From: Longimicrobiales bacterium | GTDB taxonomy: Bacteria; Gemmatimonadota; Gemmatimonadetes; Longimicrobiales; RSA9 | Direction: 5' to 3' | DNA: 48,339 nucleotides | NCBI GenBank assembly: GCA_039912685.1 | Contig: JBDSPG010000145.1 | Location: forward strand, 1 to 48,339 | Part shown: in pieces, positions 47,219-48,339 of the stretch | Numbering within the stretch: the first letter of the stretch is position 1 | Layout: every line of letters starts with the position of its first letter | Notes under the pieces: model-generated | Seen by the model: only the letters and a program-made list of their open reading frames with translations | What the model was told of the DNA's origin: nothing | Databases searched by the model: none | Position numbers and translations under genes: made by a program

Positions 47219-48049
47219 GTGAAAGCAGTCAGGCCGAGGGTCGGTGTTTGCTCATGGTCGCTGAGGCCTGACTCTGCGCGTGACCTGGCCGGGAAACTCC
47301 AGGACACAGGCTTGTCTGGAGTCCAGTTGGCGCTCGATCCGCTACGGACCGGCGCGATGCCGGCCGAAGACGTAACCGCCGCCTTCGAGCCCCGCGGAAT
47401 ACACATTCTTTCCGGTATGATGGCGATGGACGGCGAGGATTATTCGACTCTCGAGTCGATCCGAAGTACGGGTGGCATTGTGCCGGATGAAACGTGGGAA
47501 GCAAACCTCGGCGCTGCTGCGGAGAACGCGAAGCTCGCCCGCGAACTGGGGCTCACGCTCGTCACGTTCCACGCCGGCTTCGTGCCGCACGAGGCCGGCG
47601 CCGAACGCTCGAAGCTGATCGGCCGCCTGGGCGATCTCGCGGATGCGTTCGGCGAGCAGGGTGTCGATGTCGCACTCGAGACGGGTCAGGAATCCGCAAC
47701 CACACTTGGACAGCTGCTGGAAGAGCTGAATGATCGACGCATCGGCGTGAATTTCGATCCGGCGAACATGATCCTGTATGGCATGGGTGATCCGATCGCG
47801 GCGGTTCGGGCGCTGTCTCCGTACATCCGCCAGGTCCACATCAAGGATGCGATTGCGACGACAGTGCCGGGTACGTGGGGCAGTGAAGTACCAGCCGGCA
47901 CAGGCGACGTACCCTGGCCCGACTTCTTCCGCACGCTCCATCAATGTGATGTACGATGCGACTTCCTGATCGAGCGCGAAGCGGGTGAATCGCGTGTCGA
48001 TGACGTCCGCATCGCCGGCGAGCTCGTCGAGAGATTCGCCGGTACATGA
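47219..48049 (+). CDS. Sugar phosphate isomerase/epimerase family protein
   Basis: GVCSWSL, LETGQE, NFDPANM, VHIKDA, G.GDV, IERE. Start GTG 47219 or ATG 47177. Confidence 0.9.
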   Translation: MKAVRPRVGVCSWSLRPDSARDLAGKLQDTGLSGVQLALDPLRTGAMPAEDVTAAFEPRGIHILSGMMAMDGEDYSTLESIRSTGGIVPDETWEANLGAAAENAKLARELGLTLVTFHAGFVPHEAGAERSKLIGRLGDLADAFGEQGVDVALETGQESATTLGQLLEELNDRRIGVNFDPANMILYGMGDPIAAVRALSPYIRQVHIKDAIATTVPGTWGSEVPAGTGDVPWPDFFRTLHQCDVRCDFLIEREAGESRVDDVRIAGELVERFAGT

Positions 48050-48339
48050 CACTCGGCATCGGCATCATCGGGTACGGCTTCATGGGTCGTACCCACGCGC
48101 AGTCCTGGATCGAGGCGCGTACCATGGGCATCGATTGCGAACTGCGTGCAATCAGCGCGCGCCGCCAGGACATTGCCACCAGCGGGGCGGGAAATCTTTC
48201 CACCGGGGCGGACGTCCTTCAACTGCCGGCGTACGTCGCGATTCATCAGGATGCCGAAAGCGTGCTCAACGATGATGCCATCCACATCGTCAGCATCTGC
48301 ACGCCGACGGACACGCACGTCGAACTTGCGTGTGCTGCA
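48046..48339 (+). CDS. Gfo/Idh/MocA oxidoreductase (runs off the window)
   Basis: Not in the ORF track. ATGA overlap; MTLGIGIIGYGFMGRTHA...HIVSICTPTDTHVELA. Confidence 0.88.
   Translation, partial: MTLGIGIIGYGFMGRTHAQSWIEARTMGIDCELRAISARRQDIATSGAGNLSTGADVLQLPAYVAIHQDAESVLNDDAIHIVSICTPTDTHVELACAA

Noticed and set aside
1-48339. Mobile elements, prophage, CRISPR or anti-phage defence genes
   Set aside because: No transposase, integrase, phage structural, Cas or recognisable defence motifs, and no regularly spaced repeats were seen.

Overview
GC-rich bacterial chromosomal window. The gene repertoire (ADOP permease, membrane-anchored BTAD/TPR regulator, six-bladed propeller, Ig-repeat lipoprotein) suggests Gemmatimonadota; this is inference. 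I found no rRNA, tRNA, CRISPR array, IS element or prophage. Contents in order: partial infA, argJ, nirK with a truncated nirV-like remnant, lipoproteins, a DEAD-box helicase with a five-hairpin leader, an AarF/UbiB kinase, two TPR-like paralogs, a VIT-vWA/ECF sigma/anti-sigma operon, an S9 peptidase, a sensor + histidine kinase pair, an OM barrel, a TolB-propeller amidohydrolase, a LytS/LytTR pair, an RNA methyltransferase, a thiol-redox cluster, a Cys-rich peptide locus, an ADOP permease, a BTAD regulator divergent from an Ig-repeat lipoprotein, and a Tat Gfo/Idh/MocA-ApbE-isomerase cluster. Best candidates for new biology: (1) two paralogous secreted peptides with an identical C-x10-C-x12-C-x10-C scaffold, upstream of a coupled beta-propeller/permease/ABC ATPase operon (30048-33263); (2) a 33-aa TonB-box-like motif (core RNPLVPRDQVS) shared by the vWA protein and the anti-sigma factor of one operon; (3) an exported selenocysteine peroxiredoxin, split by the ORF caller, with a SECIS-like hairpin, next to TlpA-CcdA; (4) the structured leader of the helicase. 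Product calls come from motif recognition by eye, with no database searches.
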